A stretch of 64,000 nucleotides of DNA from Candidatus Omnitrophota bacterium (GTDB lineage: Bacteria; Omnitrophota; Gorgyraeia; B26-G9), in contig JAZDHZ010000033.1 of the NCBI GenBank assembly GCA_043805415.1, positions 153,600 through 217,599 on the forward strand, in the 5' to 3' direction. The first letter of the stretch is position 1. Each line of letters opens with the position of its first letter. Below the pieces are notes generated by a model. It searched no databases. It had not been told where the DNA came from and saw nothing but the letters and a program-made list of their open reading frames with translations. Of the stretch, positions 20,733 through 30,984 are shown piece after piece. Made by a program: the position numbers and the translations under genes.

Positions 20733-23700
20733 ATGAGTCTTCCCCGCTATTCTGTTAATCGACCGATAACCATCACCATGATTTTTGTGGCAGCATTGAT
20801 CCTGGGGTGGGTCTCGCTGACTAAACTTCCGATAGAGCTTATGCCTAATACCAGCTTTGGTAATGTCACTATCTTTATCAATGTTCGGGGTGGAATTCCT
20901 CCTGTGGAAATTGAAGAACGCATTACCCGTCCGATTGAGGAAGCGGTATCATCTGCCAGTCATATCCGAAGTATTGAATCTACCTCTGAAGAAGCAAGCG
21001 CGACCATTGTTATTAAATTCGAACCAGGCACTAATATGGATTTTGCGGCATTGGAGGTCAGAGAAAAATTTGCCCGCGTTAAAAATGATCTTCCTGAGGA
21101 AATTGAAAAACCTGTTATTGCTAAATACGAATATTCTGATGTTCCGGTAATGATTTTGGCAATGACCGGCGGTAAACGCTATACTCCGGAAATGCTGGGG
21201 AAAATTGTTGATGAAAGCTTGAAGACAAGACTGGAGCGGATCAACGGAGTAGCGGATGTTGAAGTAGGCGGCAGAAGAGAAAGAAAGATACTTGTCGAAA
21301 TTGATCAATCAAAGCTAGATGCATATAATATGCCGATTAATAAAGTTATCAATGTGCTTGGCTCGAATAACTTAAATCTGTTAGCCGGGGATATCGAGAG
21401 AACTAGCGATAAACTTTTAATAAGAATAATCGGAGAATTTACTGATGTTAAAACTATTGAAAATATTGGTATTGCCGCATCGCAGACAGGGGTAATAATC
21501 AGATTAAAGGAACTTGCTAAGGTTAAAGATTCTTATCTTGAAGCAACAAGTTATGCTCGGACTAATTTAGCGCCGACGGTTTCTATTTATGTGCAAAAAG
21601 AAAGTATGGCCAATACGCTAAAGATGACAGATGCTATTGTTAAAGAGCTGGAAGCTTTTAAAAAAGATGAAAACCTTGGGGAAAGAGGAATTAGATTAAT
21701 TCCGGTTTACAACCAGGGTGATTTTATCAGCAAAGCAATACAAGATGTCCAAAGCTCTTTGATTTTTGGCGGTTTTCTGGCAATTTGTGTATTATGGATA
21801 TTCTTGCGTGATATTGGGGCCACATTCACTGTGGGCATCGCGATTCCCACGGCGATTATTTGCACTTTTATTATGATGTTTTTTCAAAATTTAACACTTA
21901 ATATCATGACTTTAAGCGGATTAGCTCTGGGCAGTGGAATGCTGGTCGATAATGCTATTGTTGTGTTGGATAATATTTCTAAAAAAAGAGAAATGGGTTT
22001 TGATCGGAGAGAATCGTCTATAGTTGGCGCGGAAGAAATGTGGTTGGCTATTTTTGCTTCCACTTTAACAACAATTATTGTTTTTTTGCCTTTTATTTTT
22101 GTGAATAAAGAAATCAGGCTGTTGTATGAAGGTCTGGCTATGACAATTGTCTACGCGCTTTGTGCTAGTCTTTTTGTTGCCGTGACATTAGTTCCTGTGT
22201 TATCGACAGCTATGGGAAAACGGAAAACCGAAAAAGAACAGGAAAAGGAAGATAACCAAAAACAGTGGTTTTCGGAGGTTTCCGCTAAACCTAAAGAAGA
22301 TAAATCGCAAATTAGTAAATTTCTGCATGTTCTGCAAATTGCTTATCGAAAAACATTGGGGCGCGCGCTTAGGTTTAGGCTGTATCTGGTTATCGCGGTT
22401 TTTTGTCTTTTTGGCATAGCTTTTTTTGTGTTTTCTGAAAAGCTGGGCATGGAATTTCTCGGTAAAACCGAGGAAAATGAATTTACAATTTTTATTGAAT
22501 TACCTACCGGAGCAAAACTGGATATTTCCGATCAGGTTGTTGGTGAGGTTGAAAAGATTCTTGCTAGTGTGTCTGAGGTTAAAACCGTTTCCAGCCGGAT
22601 TAAGCCATGGTCAAATCGAGTTTTTGTAAAGCTGGTTCCTCTTTCCCAAAGAGAAAGATCAAATAAAGAAGTTATAGATGATCTTAGAGATAAGGTAAAG
22701 GAAATCCCTAATGCCTTTATTTATTTTGAAGAACCGCAAAGTATGGCAGCCAAAGAGCTGCATATTGAAATTTATGGATATGATTATAATACACTTAGAG
22801 AAATTGCCGTAAATATTTCCAAAAGAATTGGGCAAATCCCTGGTTTTGTTGATGTTAAAATTAGAATGCGGGAAAAACGCCCGGAACTATTAGCGGTTGT
22901 GGATAAAGCAAAAGCTGCTAAATGGGGACTTACTGTTTCGAAGATCTCGGATACGATTCACGCGAAAATGCGTGGTTTAGTCGCAACCAGATTCCATTCT
23001 GAGTCCAAACAAGTGGAAACTATTGCTAGGTTGAGAAAAGAAGACAGAAAAACATTTGATGATGTGCATAAACTTAGCATCGTTGGGGAGGATGGCAACC
23101 TTGTGCTTTTTGAACAGGTTGCCAATTTCATGCCTGGAGAGGGACCGACTGAAATATGGCGCAAAAATAAACAAAGAATGATTGAAGTCAGCGCGACAAT
23201 GAGCAAATATGATCTTTCTAAGTCAGTGGAGATAATTAAAGAAGATTTTAAAGATATGAAACTGCCGAAGAACTATTATTATCGTTTTGGCGGCGATTAT
23301 GAAAAAATGATCAAAGGTAAAAGTGAACTTGTCTTTGTTATCTGGGTTACGCTAGCATTGATCTACATGGTATTGGCTTCGCTTTTTGCTTCTTATGTGC
23401 AGCCTTTAGTTATTTTGTCCAGTGTGCCTTTATCTTTAATTGGAGTGACATTAGCGCTGTGGGTTTTTAAAAAGCCTAAAAGTGTGTCTGTTTTTATTGG
23501 GGTTATAATGCTTGCCGGTATTGTAGTTAATAACGCGATTATTCTGGTTGATCGGATCAACTATTTTACCCGCAATAAGAATGCAAATCGTTTTAAAGCG
23601 GCAATGTTGGCGGGGATAGACAGATTAAGACCGATTATGATGACTTCCTGCACAACTTTGTTTGGATTGCTGCCCATGGCCTTAGATCGAACCGAAGGCG

Positions 23701-23891
23701 CGGGATTATGGGCTCCTTTGGCGATTACTGTATTGGGAGGCTTATTAGTTTCGACAATATTAACTCTGTTTATTGTTCCCAGTATATACTTGTTATTTAC
23801 GGATATCCCGCTTTTATTTAAACCAAAGAAAAAAAATGCCTACAATTTTGACTGGAAGGGATTTGAAGAAATCCCGGATTTGCCCAAATGA
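20733..23891 (+). CDS. RND efflux permease (AcrB/HAE1 family), second tandem paralogue (MdtB/MdtC-like arrangement)
   Basis: MSLPRYSVNRPITITMIFVAALILG and RND architecture; start 1 nt after previous stop. Confidence 0.85.
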   Translation: MSLPRYSVNRPITITMIFVAALILGWVSLTKLPIELMPNTSFGNVTIFINVRGGIPPVEIEERITRPIEEAVSSASHIRSIESTSEEASATIVIKFEPGTNMDFAALEVREKFARVKNDLPEEIEKPVIAKYEYSDVPVMILAMTGGKRYTPEMLGKIVDESLKTRLERINGVADVEVGGRRERKILVEIDQSKLDAYNMPINKVINVLGSNNLNLLAGDIERTSDKLLIRIIGEFTDVKTIENIGIAASQTGVIIRLKELAKVKDSYLEATSYARTNLAPTVSIYVQKESMANTLKMTDAIVKELEAFKKDENLGERGIRLIPVYNQGDFISKAIQDVQSSLIFGGFLAICVLWIFLRDIGATFTVGIAIPTAIICTFIMMFFQNLTLNIMTLSGLALGSGMLVDNAIVVLDNISKKREMGFDRRESSIVGAEEMWLAIFASTLTTIIVFLPFIFVNKEIRLLYEGLAMTIVYALCASLFVAVTLVPVLSTAMGKRKTEKEQEKEDNQKQWFSEVSAKPKEDKSQISKFLHVLQIAYRKTLGRALRFRLYLVIAVFCLFGIAFFVFSEKLGMEFLGKTEENEFTIFIELPTGAKLDISDQVVGEVEKILASVSEVKTVSSRIKPWSNRVFVKLVPLSQRERSNKEVIDDLRDKVKEIPNAFIYFEEPQSMAAKELHIEIYGYDYNTLREIAVNISKRIGQIPGFVDVKIRMREKRPELLAVVDKAKAAKWGLTVSKISDTIHAKMRGLVATRFHSESKQVETIARLRKEDRKTFDDVHKLSIVGEDGNLVLFEQVANFMPGEGPTEIWRKNKQRMIEVSATMSKYDLSKSVEIIKEDFKDMKLPKNYYYRFGGDYEKMIKGKSELVFVIWVTLALIYMVLASLFASYVQPLVILSSVPLSLIGVTLALWVFKKPKSVSVFIGVIMLAGIVVNNAIILVDRINYFTRNKNANRFKAAMLAGIDRLRPIMMTSCTTLFGLLPMALDRTEGAGLWAPLAITVLGGLLVSTILTLFIVPSIYLLFTDIPLLFKPKKKNAYNFDWKGFEEIPDLPK

Positions 23892-23952
23892 TTCGGCCTG
23901 AATAAATAATTTTTTTTTGTTTTTTTCCCTCTGAAAGTATATAATATTACTA

Positions 23953-26900
23953 ATGAGTTTATCACAAAATACAAACCCAAAATTAAAATTCCATGAAGTG
24001 AGAATTGTTGAGGCATCAGCCGGTTCAGGAAAAACTTACGAGCTGGCAAAACGTTATATTCAGCTGCTGCTTAACTCCGATTTTTCCCTTGGGCAAAGCC
24101 CTTTGCGCAATATTCTGGCAATTACGTTTACCCACAAGGCAACAAGAGAAATGCGTGAACGCATCCTGGAACAGCTTAAGAAAATCGCTTTAGGTTCATT
24201 TTCTAACACTGGTGAAAAAAAAGATTTATTACAAACTTTAGGCAGGGACGAAGATATCGCAAGTAAACAAGCATTCAAAGTGCTTGATTGCATAATGGCT
24301 AATTACAATTTTTTTCAAATAAAAAATATTGATAGTTTTATTAATCTGATCTTATCCGGCTGTGCTTCAGAATTGAATCTATCAGCAAATTTTAAAATTA
24401 AAGAGAATTATTCCGCGTACGTAGCTTACGCGCTTGATGAATGTATTGATAATGCTTGTAAAGAGGAAAAGGCAGCAAAGGTTTTTCAGAATTTTATAAG
24501 TCAATATCTGTTTCTGGAAAATCGGACAAGTTGGTTACCGAAAAAAGATATATTTGATATTATTAGCGGTATGTTTAGCCAAAGTAATATTTATGGGGGT
24601 AAATTTCAGAAATTTAGTATCGCGGACAATGAACTGATAACCTTAAAGCAAAAAATTATTAAAATTCTTGGGCAAATAAACAAGCAGCCTCCGGAGGGAA
24701 TAAATAAGCAGTTTGTTAATACTACTTTAGCTAATTTTCTTAGCAAGAATAAACATGGTTTTAATATTTCTGATCTGGATAAAAAATCTTTCATGCTGGA
24801 TAATTTGCCGATGAATAAAGGTTTTGAAGCGCCAGAGGAATTAGCGTCGCTGTGGCATGAGTTTAGGATTCTGATCGTTGAGTTAAGTGAAAAAGAGGCA
24901 TTGTCGCTATTTAATTGCTATATTGATATATTTGACGATGTCTATAAATATTTTCGTAATTACGCAACGCGTGATGATGTGGTTTTTATGGAGGAATTAA
25001 ACAAACAAGCTTACTTTTTATTTAAAGAAGCTCATTTGAGTGTTCCGGAGCTTTATTATCGATTAGCTAGCAGATTCAAGCATTTTTTGATTGATGAATT
25101 TCAAGATACAAGCAAATTACAGTGGAAAAATTTATTTCTTATGGTTGAAGACGCGCTATCTTATGGAGGATCACTTTTTTATGTGGGAGATAGAAAACAG
25201 GCAATTTATCGGTTTCGGGGCGGGAATGTTGAGTTATTTGATACTGTAAAAACTGAGTTTAAACATTTTAATATAAATGATAATCTGGTATTAAGAACAA
25301 ACTATCGCTCGGAAAAAGAGATTATTAAATTTAATAATCAGATATTTTTGCGAGAAAATCTAAAACGGTTTTTTAATGAACAGCAGGAAGGTGAAAAAAA
25401 TATTCTCAGAGTTTTATCAGTCAATGAAATTAATGATATTGTGAGCGTTTTTAAGGATTCCCAACAGCTGGATAGGCCGAATAAACCAAATGGCTATGTA
25501 AATGTTGATTACATCGAATATCAGGATCAAGAAAATCGCGATGAGCTTATAAAAGAGTATTTGTTTGCCGCCATGGATAATTTAGAAAAACGTTTTCCTT
25601 TAAAAGCGATCGCTATTTTATGCCGAAGTAATCGCGAAATCGAGTTAGTTACTGGCTGGTTATCGGAGAAGAAAGTAAATGTTGAATCAGAACGCACCCT
25701 AAATATACTCAATAACTCGCTTATTCGGGAACTTATAGCTTTTTTGCGATTTTTAAACTCACCGATTAATACGATCGAATTTTCCGCGTTTATTTTAGGA
25801 GATATCTTTTTAAAAGCCAGCGGCAGGTCAAGAGAAGAAATCGCTGATTTTATTTTTCAATTCAACCGAAAAGACAAGCAGCAAGAATTTAATTCAGGAT
25901 ATTTGTATCGGGCTTTTAGAAAGCAGTATCCTCTGCTTTGGGATGAGAATATTGCTGATTTTTTTAAAAGTGTCGGATTTGTGTCATTATATGAGTTAAT
26001 TGTAAGTATTATTGATAAGTTTAAAATATTTGATAATTTTGGCGCGTATCAAGGGTTTTTTATGCGGTTTCTTGAACTGGTTAAGGAACAAGAAGAAGAA
26101 AATCCGGATATAAGTTTATTTCTCAGCTATCTTAACTTAGCCCCGGAAGCTCATTTGTATGTTAATTTCTCTGATGAAAACGCGGTTAAGGTCATGACGA
26201 TACATAAAGCAAAGGGGTTGGGATTTCCAGTGGTTATTGTTCCCTTTCTGGAAATGAAAATAAGGGAATTAGGCACGCAGATAAAAGGAGCAAAAGCCCC
26301 GTATGTTGTTTATGAGCCTGATATCGGAGATAGCAGTGAAACAGCTTTTAGCCTTTTAAGACTGGATACGAAATACGCAAAGTTTTCCAGCAAAATTAAG
26401 GAGATTTATCGCAAGGAGTATATAAAGGCTTTGATTGATGAGTTAAATGTTATTTATGTCACCTTTACCCGCGCTCAAAATGAACTCTATATTTTTGTGC
26501 CTTATACGAGCTCCAAATCATCTGAATCTAATAATGCGGCATTCTTTCTTATTCCAAAGGAGATAACCTCAAGAGGCACGCAGCTAGATTGTAAAACTGA
26601 GCCTGAAGCGCTTCCCGCGAATATACCGATATCTTTGCCGCGATATCAAAACTGGGTATCTTTGCTAAAGGAAGAATTTACAGAGGTAAGCCAGGTGAGT
26701 AATCGAGATAATATAAAACAAGGAAAAATTTTGCATTCAATGCTTAGTAAAATAGGCAATTTGAATGTCTTGTCACTGGAAGCGGTTTTGACAGAAACGC
26801 GGCAGGAGATTGAACAAGAATACTCAGGGCTGGATAATATCGATACCTATATCAAAATATTAAAGAAGGTATTAACCGCGCAGGAAACAAAGCAGTTTTT

Positions 26901-27156
26901 TTATTTAGACCAGGACGCGAAAATTTACCTGGAAAAAGAGTTTGTTGATCAACAGGGAATAACAAAACGAATCGACCGATTAATTATCAATAAGCAAGAA
27001 GCGATTATTATTGATTATAAAAGTTCTCCGGAAAATAAGGAGAAAAGTTTTGAACAGGTTCTAACTTATAAAAATATTTTACGCGCAGTTTATCCGGATA
27101 AAAAAGTCAGCGCCTATTTGCTATACATGGATCAGGCTAAAGCAGAGCGGGCTTAA
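23953..27156 (+). CDS. addA: AddA-like ATP-dependent helicase-nuclease (UvrD/Rep SF1 helicase plus C-terminal RecB-family nuclease)
   Basis: EASAGSGKT Walker A, FLIDEFQDTS motif II, GDRKQAIYRFRGG motif III, C-terminal IDRL...IIDYKSS PD-(D/E)XK. Confidence 0.7.
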   Translation: MSLSQNTNPKLKFHEVRIVEASAGSGKTYELAKRYIQLLLNSDFSLGQSPLRNILAITFTHKATREMRERILEQLKKIALGSFSNTGEKKDLLQTLGRDEDIASKQAFKVLDCIMANYNFFQIKNIDSFINLILSGCASELNLSANFKIKENYSAYVAYALDECIDNACKEEKAAKVFQNFISQYLFLENRTSWLPKKDIFDIISGMFSQSNIYGGKFQKFSIADNELITLKQKIIKILGQINKQPPEGINKQFVNTTLANFLSKNKHGFNISDLDKKSFMLDNLPMNKGFEAPEELASLWHEFRILIVELSEKEALSLFNCYIDIFDDVYKYFRNYATRDDVVFMEELNKQAYFLFKEAHLSVPELYYRLASRFKHFLIDEFQDTSKLQWKNLFLMVEDALSYGGSLFYVGDRKQAIYRFRGGNVELFDTVKTEFKHFNINDNLVLRTNYRSEKEIIKFNNQIFLRENLKRFFNEQQEGEKNILRVLSVNEINDIVSVFKDSQQLDRPNKPNGYVNVDYIEYQDQENRDELIKEYLFAAMDNLEKRFPLKAIAILCRSNREIELVTGWLSEKKVNVESERTLNILNNSLIRELIAFLRFLNSPINTIEFSAFILGDIFLKASGRSREEIADFIFQFNRKDKQQEFNSGYLYRAFRKQYPLLWDENIADFFKSVGFVSLYELIVSIIDKFKIFDNFGAYQGFFMRFLELVKEQEEENPDISLFLSYLNLAPEAHLYVNFSDENAVKVMTIHKAKGLGFPVVIVPFLEMKIRELGTQIKGAKAPYVVYEPDIGDSSETAFSLLRLDTKYAKFSSKIKEIYRKEYIKALIDELNVIYVTFTRAQNELYIFVPYTSSKSSESNNAAFFLIPKEITSRGTQLDCKTEPEALPANIPISLPRYQNWVSLLKEEFTEVSQVSNRDNIKQGKILHSMLSKIGNLNVLSLEAVLTETRQEIEQEYSGLDNIDTYIKILKKVLTAQETKQFFYLDQDAKIYLEKEFVDQQGITKRIDRLIINKQEAIIIDYKSSPENKEKSFEQVLTYKNILRAVYPDKKVSAYLLYMDQAKAERA

Positions 27157-27194
27157 AAAGCGGAAATAATTGATTATTATAATAGGAGGTTTTA

Positions 27195-27701
27195 ATGAAA
27201 CTTATGCTGCGAATAATCAGAATGTTAATAGTAATAATCGCGATTTCTGGTTGTGCGAAATCCGAACCTGGGCTTAGGATTCTTGGCGAAGATGTATCAA
27301 TGGCGTTGAAAACTAAAAATATTGAAGCTTATCTTAATCTTTGCGTGACGATTAAGGATAAGAAATACTTAATTAATTCGTCGGAGTTAACCTTTGATGA
27401 AAAAAGAGCGCAAACAGCTTTACTCAGCACAACTAAGCGTGATTTGGGCAGAGCCAGAGAAGACCGGAGCGCGAATTTTAATGATATCTCTTGGGTGAAA
27501 GGATGGGATAGGGCGATTGTGCAAAAAGTTGTTTTGGGAAAGCGGATGAATCTGTCCGGGGGGATCATGTGTTATGAAAACATTATTGTCAAATTTAGGA
27601 AAAAAACATTGCCGGATTTAAAAATCGGAAAAGTCGTAAAAGTCCAGGGAATATGGAAGATAATGGATGATCATGCCCTTAGCTTTATGTCAAGGATATG
27701 A
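27195..27701 (+). CDS. lipoprotein, unknown function
   Basis: Signal peptide with lipobox IAISGC; no other motifs. Confidence 0.4.
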   Translation: MKLMLRIIRMLIVIIAISGCAKSEPGLRILGEDVSMALKTKNIEAYLNLCVTIKDKKYLINSSELTFDEKRAQTALLSTTKRDLGRAREDRSANFNDISWVKGWDRAIVQKVVLGKRMNLSGGIMCYENIIVKFRKKTLPDLKIGKVVKVQGIWKIMDDHALSFMSRI

Positions 27702-27733
27702 TTGTTTAGGAAGATAAATCGGAAAATCAAAAA

Positions 27734-30568
27734 ATGCGAAAAATCGAAACATATCATTTTAAAGATGATTTTATCAAAAAACTAGCCGAATATCTAAAAG
27801 CTGATTTTAACGCGAACAATGATTTGAGTAGAACGGCCATAGTTTTTGGAGGTAAGCGTCCGGCATTGTTTTTAAAAAAAGCATTAGCGGATATCTATAA
27901 TAATAGTTTTATTCCGCCGAGGTTTTTTTCAATCAATGAATTTATGCAGTATTTAGCAGCGAAAAATAAAAGAATCAGCAATATTCCTGAGCTAGAAGCA
28001 TATTTTTCTATATATTCATTGGCAAAAGCCCAAGTTCCTAATATCTTAAAATCGTATCAAAGTTTTTCGCAATTTATGCCGTGGGCCAGAGAGATAGTTT
28101 CTTTTATTGACCAATTAGATTTAGAGGATATCTCCAAACAAAGCTTGATGAATATAGAAGAGAACGCGGAAATTGGCTATGAGGTTCCGCTTGCCTTTAA
28201 TAAATTGCTGGAAAATATCGTTATGCTTCGAGACCTTTATCACGCGCAAATGAAAAAAGAAGGTAAGTATTCGCGGGGGCTTATTTATCTGAGTGCCGCG
28301 GATAATTGCCGGAATGTGGATTTGGGAGAATTTGACAAAATCTTATTTTGTAATTTTTTTGATTTGCATAAAACCGAAAAACAGGTCATCAAACATTATT
28401 ATGATCAGGATAAAGCAGTTTTATTTTTCCAGAAAGACAATAAACCCTGGGGAAAGTTTGATGAATTATCTGTTTATTTTCAAGCTGATATCATCCCTGA
28501 AACTTCAGACGATGAAAATAGCAATTTAAAATTATACGCGGGTTTTGACACTCATTCTCAGGTGGGGATAATCAGAGAAATTTTAAATACGATAAAAATA
28601 AAAAATGAAAGTACAGTTATTGTTTTACCTCAGGCCGAAAGCCTTATTCCGCTTTTGTCCGAAATATCATCTTCTTGCCCAGAGTTTAATGTGTCGATGG
28701 GCTATCCTTTAAGGCGCAGTACTGTTTATAATTTAGTGGACATGATTAATCGCGCCCAAAAAACCAGGAAAAAAAATCAATACTATACAAAGGATTATCT
28801 TGCTTTGCTAATGCATCCGCTTGTGAAAAATATGCTGATCGCTGAAGATTCAACTGTTACGCGTGTGCTTGTGCATAAGATTGAAGAAATGCTTTCTGGT
28901 GCGCAGGAATCAGAGATCGCGGGTAGTCTTTTTGTCAGCCTGGATGCTATTATCAAGATGGATAATTTGCATGAAAATGTTTCAGAGCAGCTTAGAAGCA
29001 TGTCAATTTTTGTTAGTCCTGATCAGATAAAACGCGTATTGAATCTTTTACATGAATATGCTTTTATAATCTGGGAAAAAATCAGGACTCTGGCTGATTT
29101 TTCAGAGGCTGTAGACAAGTTTATGGATCTGCTGATAGCTAAAAGCCTAATAGCTATGTATCCTTTGAACCTGAAAATGGTTGAGAAAATAATCAGTTTA
29201 AGCGATCAATTCCGGAATAAGGCAATCAAGGAAGAGCATTTTAGCTCACTGGAAATATTTAAAATTTTTGATGATTTACTTAAGAAGGAAAAGATCGCTT
29301 TCTCGGGCGCGCCTTTAAAAGGTTTACAAATCCTTGGTCTTTTTGAAACGCGGGCTTTAAGTTTTGAAAACGTTATTATTATGGATGTGAATGAATCTGT
29401 TCTGCCGAGACTTAGTACGAATGAGCCGCTTGTGCCAAGGGCAGTATTGATTACTTTGGGATTGGACAGGCTTGAAGAAGAAGAGAGCATTCAACGCTAT
29501 CAGTTTATGCGGCTGATTAAATCCGCTAAAAATGTGCATTTAGTTTACAATGACAGCGCGGATAAACAAAAAAGCCGCTTTATTGAGGAAATAATCTGGG
29601 AACAAGAGAAAAAAATGAAAAAAATAAGTACGGACAATGTTCCGAGAGCGACTTTTAATTGTGATGTAATGATTAAACTGGGTAATGCTAAAAAGAATAG
29701 TAAAATTAAAGAGTTTTTAGATAATTTTACTTTTTCTGCTTCCAGTTTAAATTTGTATCTAAAATGTCCGCTGCAGTTTTACTATAAGTATATTTTAGGC
29801 TTAAGTGAAAAAGAAGATTTGCTTGATGAACTAGAAAGTAAAGAAGTGGGGACATTTATCCATGAATTATTAGAAGACGCATTTTTAAAATTTATCGATA
29901 AGCCGTTAAAAATTGATCTGTTTTTCCGAAAAAGATTTTTTATCGAATTTGATAAACGTTTTGATCAAGAGTTTAAACAGAGAATGAAATCCGACGCGTT
30001 TATGATTAAGCAGATCATGCGTTTTCGTCTTGAGAAATTTCTGGATAATGAGGCAACCAGACAAGTCCAAAGCATTGCCGGATTAGAAACTGATATAAAA
30101 AAAGAGATTAAATCAGGAAAAACTAAAGAACGAAAAATCAGGTTTAAATGCCGGATTGATCGGATCGATCGGATTGATAATAATAAGCTACAGGTTTTGG
30201 ACTACAAGACAGGCAGTAGTGATTCTGTGCCAGCGAGCTTAAAAACTCTGCAAAAAGCACTGGAAACTCCTGAGCGGAAAACAATTCGGAAAGCGATTAA
30301 ATCCTTTCAATTGCCATTATATTTATACTGCGTGGAACAAGAGGATAAAGATTCTATAATTACTGCTGGGCTGTATAACCTGAGAACTTTGAAAATTGAT
30401 GAATTCCCTAGACCCAAGGAGTATGAGCAAAAAGACGAAATTATGCAGTGCTGTTTGGATATGCTGGGGTATATCATCGACGAAATCTATGACCTTGATC
30501 AGGTGTTTGAAGCCGATGATTCGGATGATTCCTGCAAGTATTGTCCTTTTGTAAGTTTGTGCGGATAA
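27734..30568 (+). CDS. addB: AddB-like PD-(D/E)XK nuclease subunit with C-terminal Cys cluster
   Basis: No Walker A; RIDRIDRIDNNKLQVLDYKTG nuclease motif; C-terminal CKYCPFVSLCG Fe-S-type cysteines. Confidence 0.65.
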   Translation: MRKIETYHFKDDFIKKLAEYLKADFNANNDLSRTAIVFGGKRPALFLKKALADIYNNSFIPPRFFSINEFMQYLAAKNKRISNIPELEAYFSIYSLAKAQVPNILKSYQSFSQFMPWAREIVSFIDQLDLEDISKQSLMNIEENAEIGYEVPLAFNKLLENIVMLRDLYHAQMKKEGKYSRGLIYLSAADNCRNVDLGEFDKILFCNFFDLHKTEKQVIKHYYDQDKAVLFFQKDNKPWGKFDELSVYFQADIIPETSDDENSNLKLYAGFDTHSQVGIIREILNTIKIKNESTVIVLPQAESLIPLLSEISSSCPEFNVSMGYPLRRSTVYNLVDMINRAQKTRKKNQYYTKDYLALLMHPLVKNMLIAEDSTVTRVLVHKIEEMLSGAQESEIAGSLFVSLDAIIKMDNLHENVSEQLRSMSIFVSPDQIKRVLNLLHEYAFIIWEKIRTLADFSEAVDKFMDLLIAKSLIAMYPLNLKMVEKIISLSDQFRNKAIKEEHFSSLEIFKIFDDLLKKEKIAFSGAPLKGLQILGLFETRALSFENVIIMDVNESVLPRLSTNEPLVPRAVLITLGLDRLEEEESIQRYQFMRLIKSAKNVHLVYNDSADKQKSRFIEEIIWEQEKKMKKISTDNVPRATFNCDVMIKLGNAKKNSKIKEFLDNFTFSASSLNLYLKCPLQFYYKYILGLSEKEDLLDELESKEVGTFIHELLEDAFLKFIDKPLKIDLFFRKRFFIEFDKRFDQEFKQRMKSDAFMIKQIMRFRLEKFLDNEATRQVQSIAGLETDIKKEIKSGKTKERKIRFKCRIDRIDRIDNNKLQVLDYKTGSSDSVPASLKTLQKALETPERKTIRKAIKSFQLPLYLYCVEQEDKDSIITAGLYNLRTLKIDEFPRPKEYEQKDEIMQCCLDMLGYIIDEIYDLDQVFEADDSDDSCKYCPFVSLCG

Positions 30569-30579
30569 ACAGCAGCGAA
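30489..30579 (+). repeat. direct repeat copy 1 (native 3' end of addB); copy 2 at 42681-42770
   Basis: Identical ~90-bp string atgaccttgatcaggtgtttgaagccgatgattcggatgattcctgcaagtattgtccttttgtaagtttgtgcggataaacagcagcgaa seen at both sites. Confidence 0.85.
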
Positions 30580-30639
30580 CAGCGTTTAGGGAAAACAGAT
30601 AGAGAATATAAGGCAGTGAAAAGAAATAAAAACCTGTAG

Positions 30640-30659
30640 GGACAGGTCGTGACCTGTCC
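30640..30659 (+). terminator. hairpin GGACAGGT-CGTG-ACCTGTCC downstream of addB (weak terminator candidate)
   Basis: Perfect 8-bp stem; downstream tract A/T-rich but not a clean U-run. Confidence 0.3.
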
Positions 30660-30984
30660 GATAAAAAATTATTAAAATTTTGAAAAAATTGAAGTAAAAC
30701 CGTTTCCCAACGCTTTCTCTTTAGGGGTTATGGCCTGTGCCGATTATTTGTATGGAGTAAGTATTACAAGTTTCTTTATAAAAAAATAATCTTATAATAT
30801 GCTTTTATTTAGTTGTTAATTGACTGTATTCTAAATATATGCCATAGAACCTAAGCTGTTTTTTATGAAAGTCTTTTAATGAAAAATAATTATTCCTCAG
30901 GTTTTCTTCCAGTAATATTTCTGTTATCTGTTTCTATTTGTTTGCAAAATTTAAAGTTTTTTCTCTTACGAAAAGGAAGGTTTT

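Noticed and set aside
23892-23952. Terminator after the RND operon
   Set aside because: There is only a 4-bp stem (ATTC/GAAT) before the T-run, too weak to call. The T-rich tract may simply be part of the addA promoter region.
23953-30568. AddA-like/AddB-like pair as a dedicated anti-phage defence helicase-nuclease system
   Set aside because: Motif content (SF1 helicase I-III, RecB-type nuclease, AddB Cys cluster) matches ordinary AddAB recombination enzymes, and no adjacent defence-type partners (methyltransferase, ATPase or Sir2 modules) were seen. It is kept only as a low-interest note.
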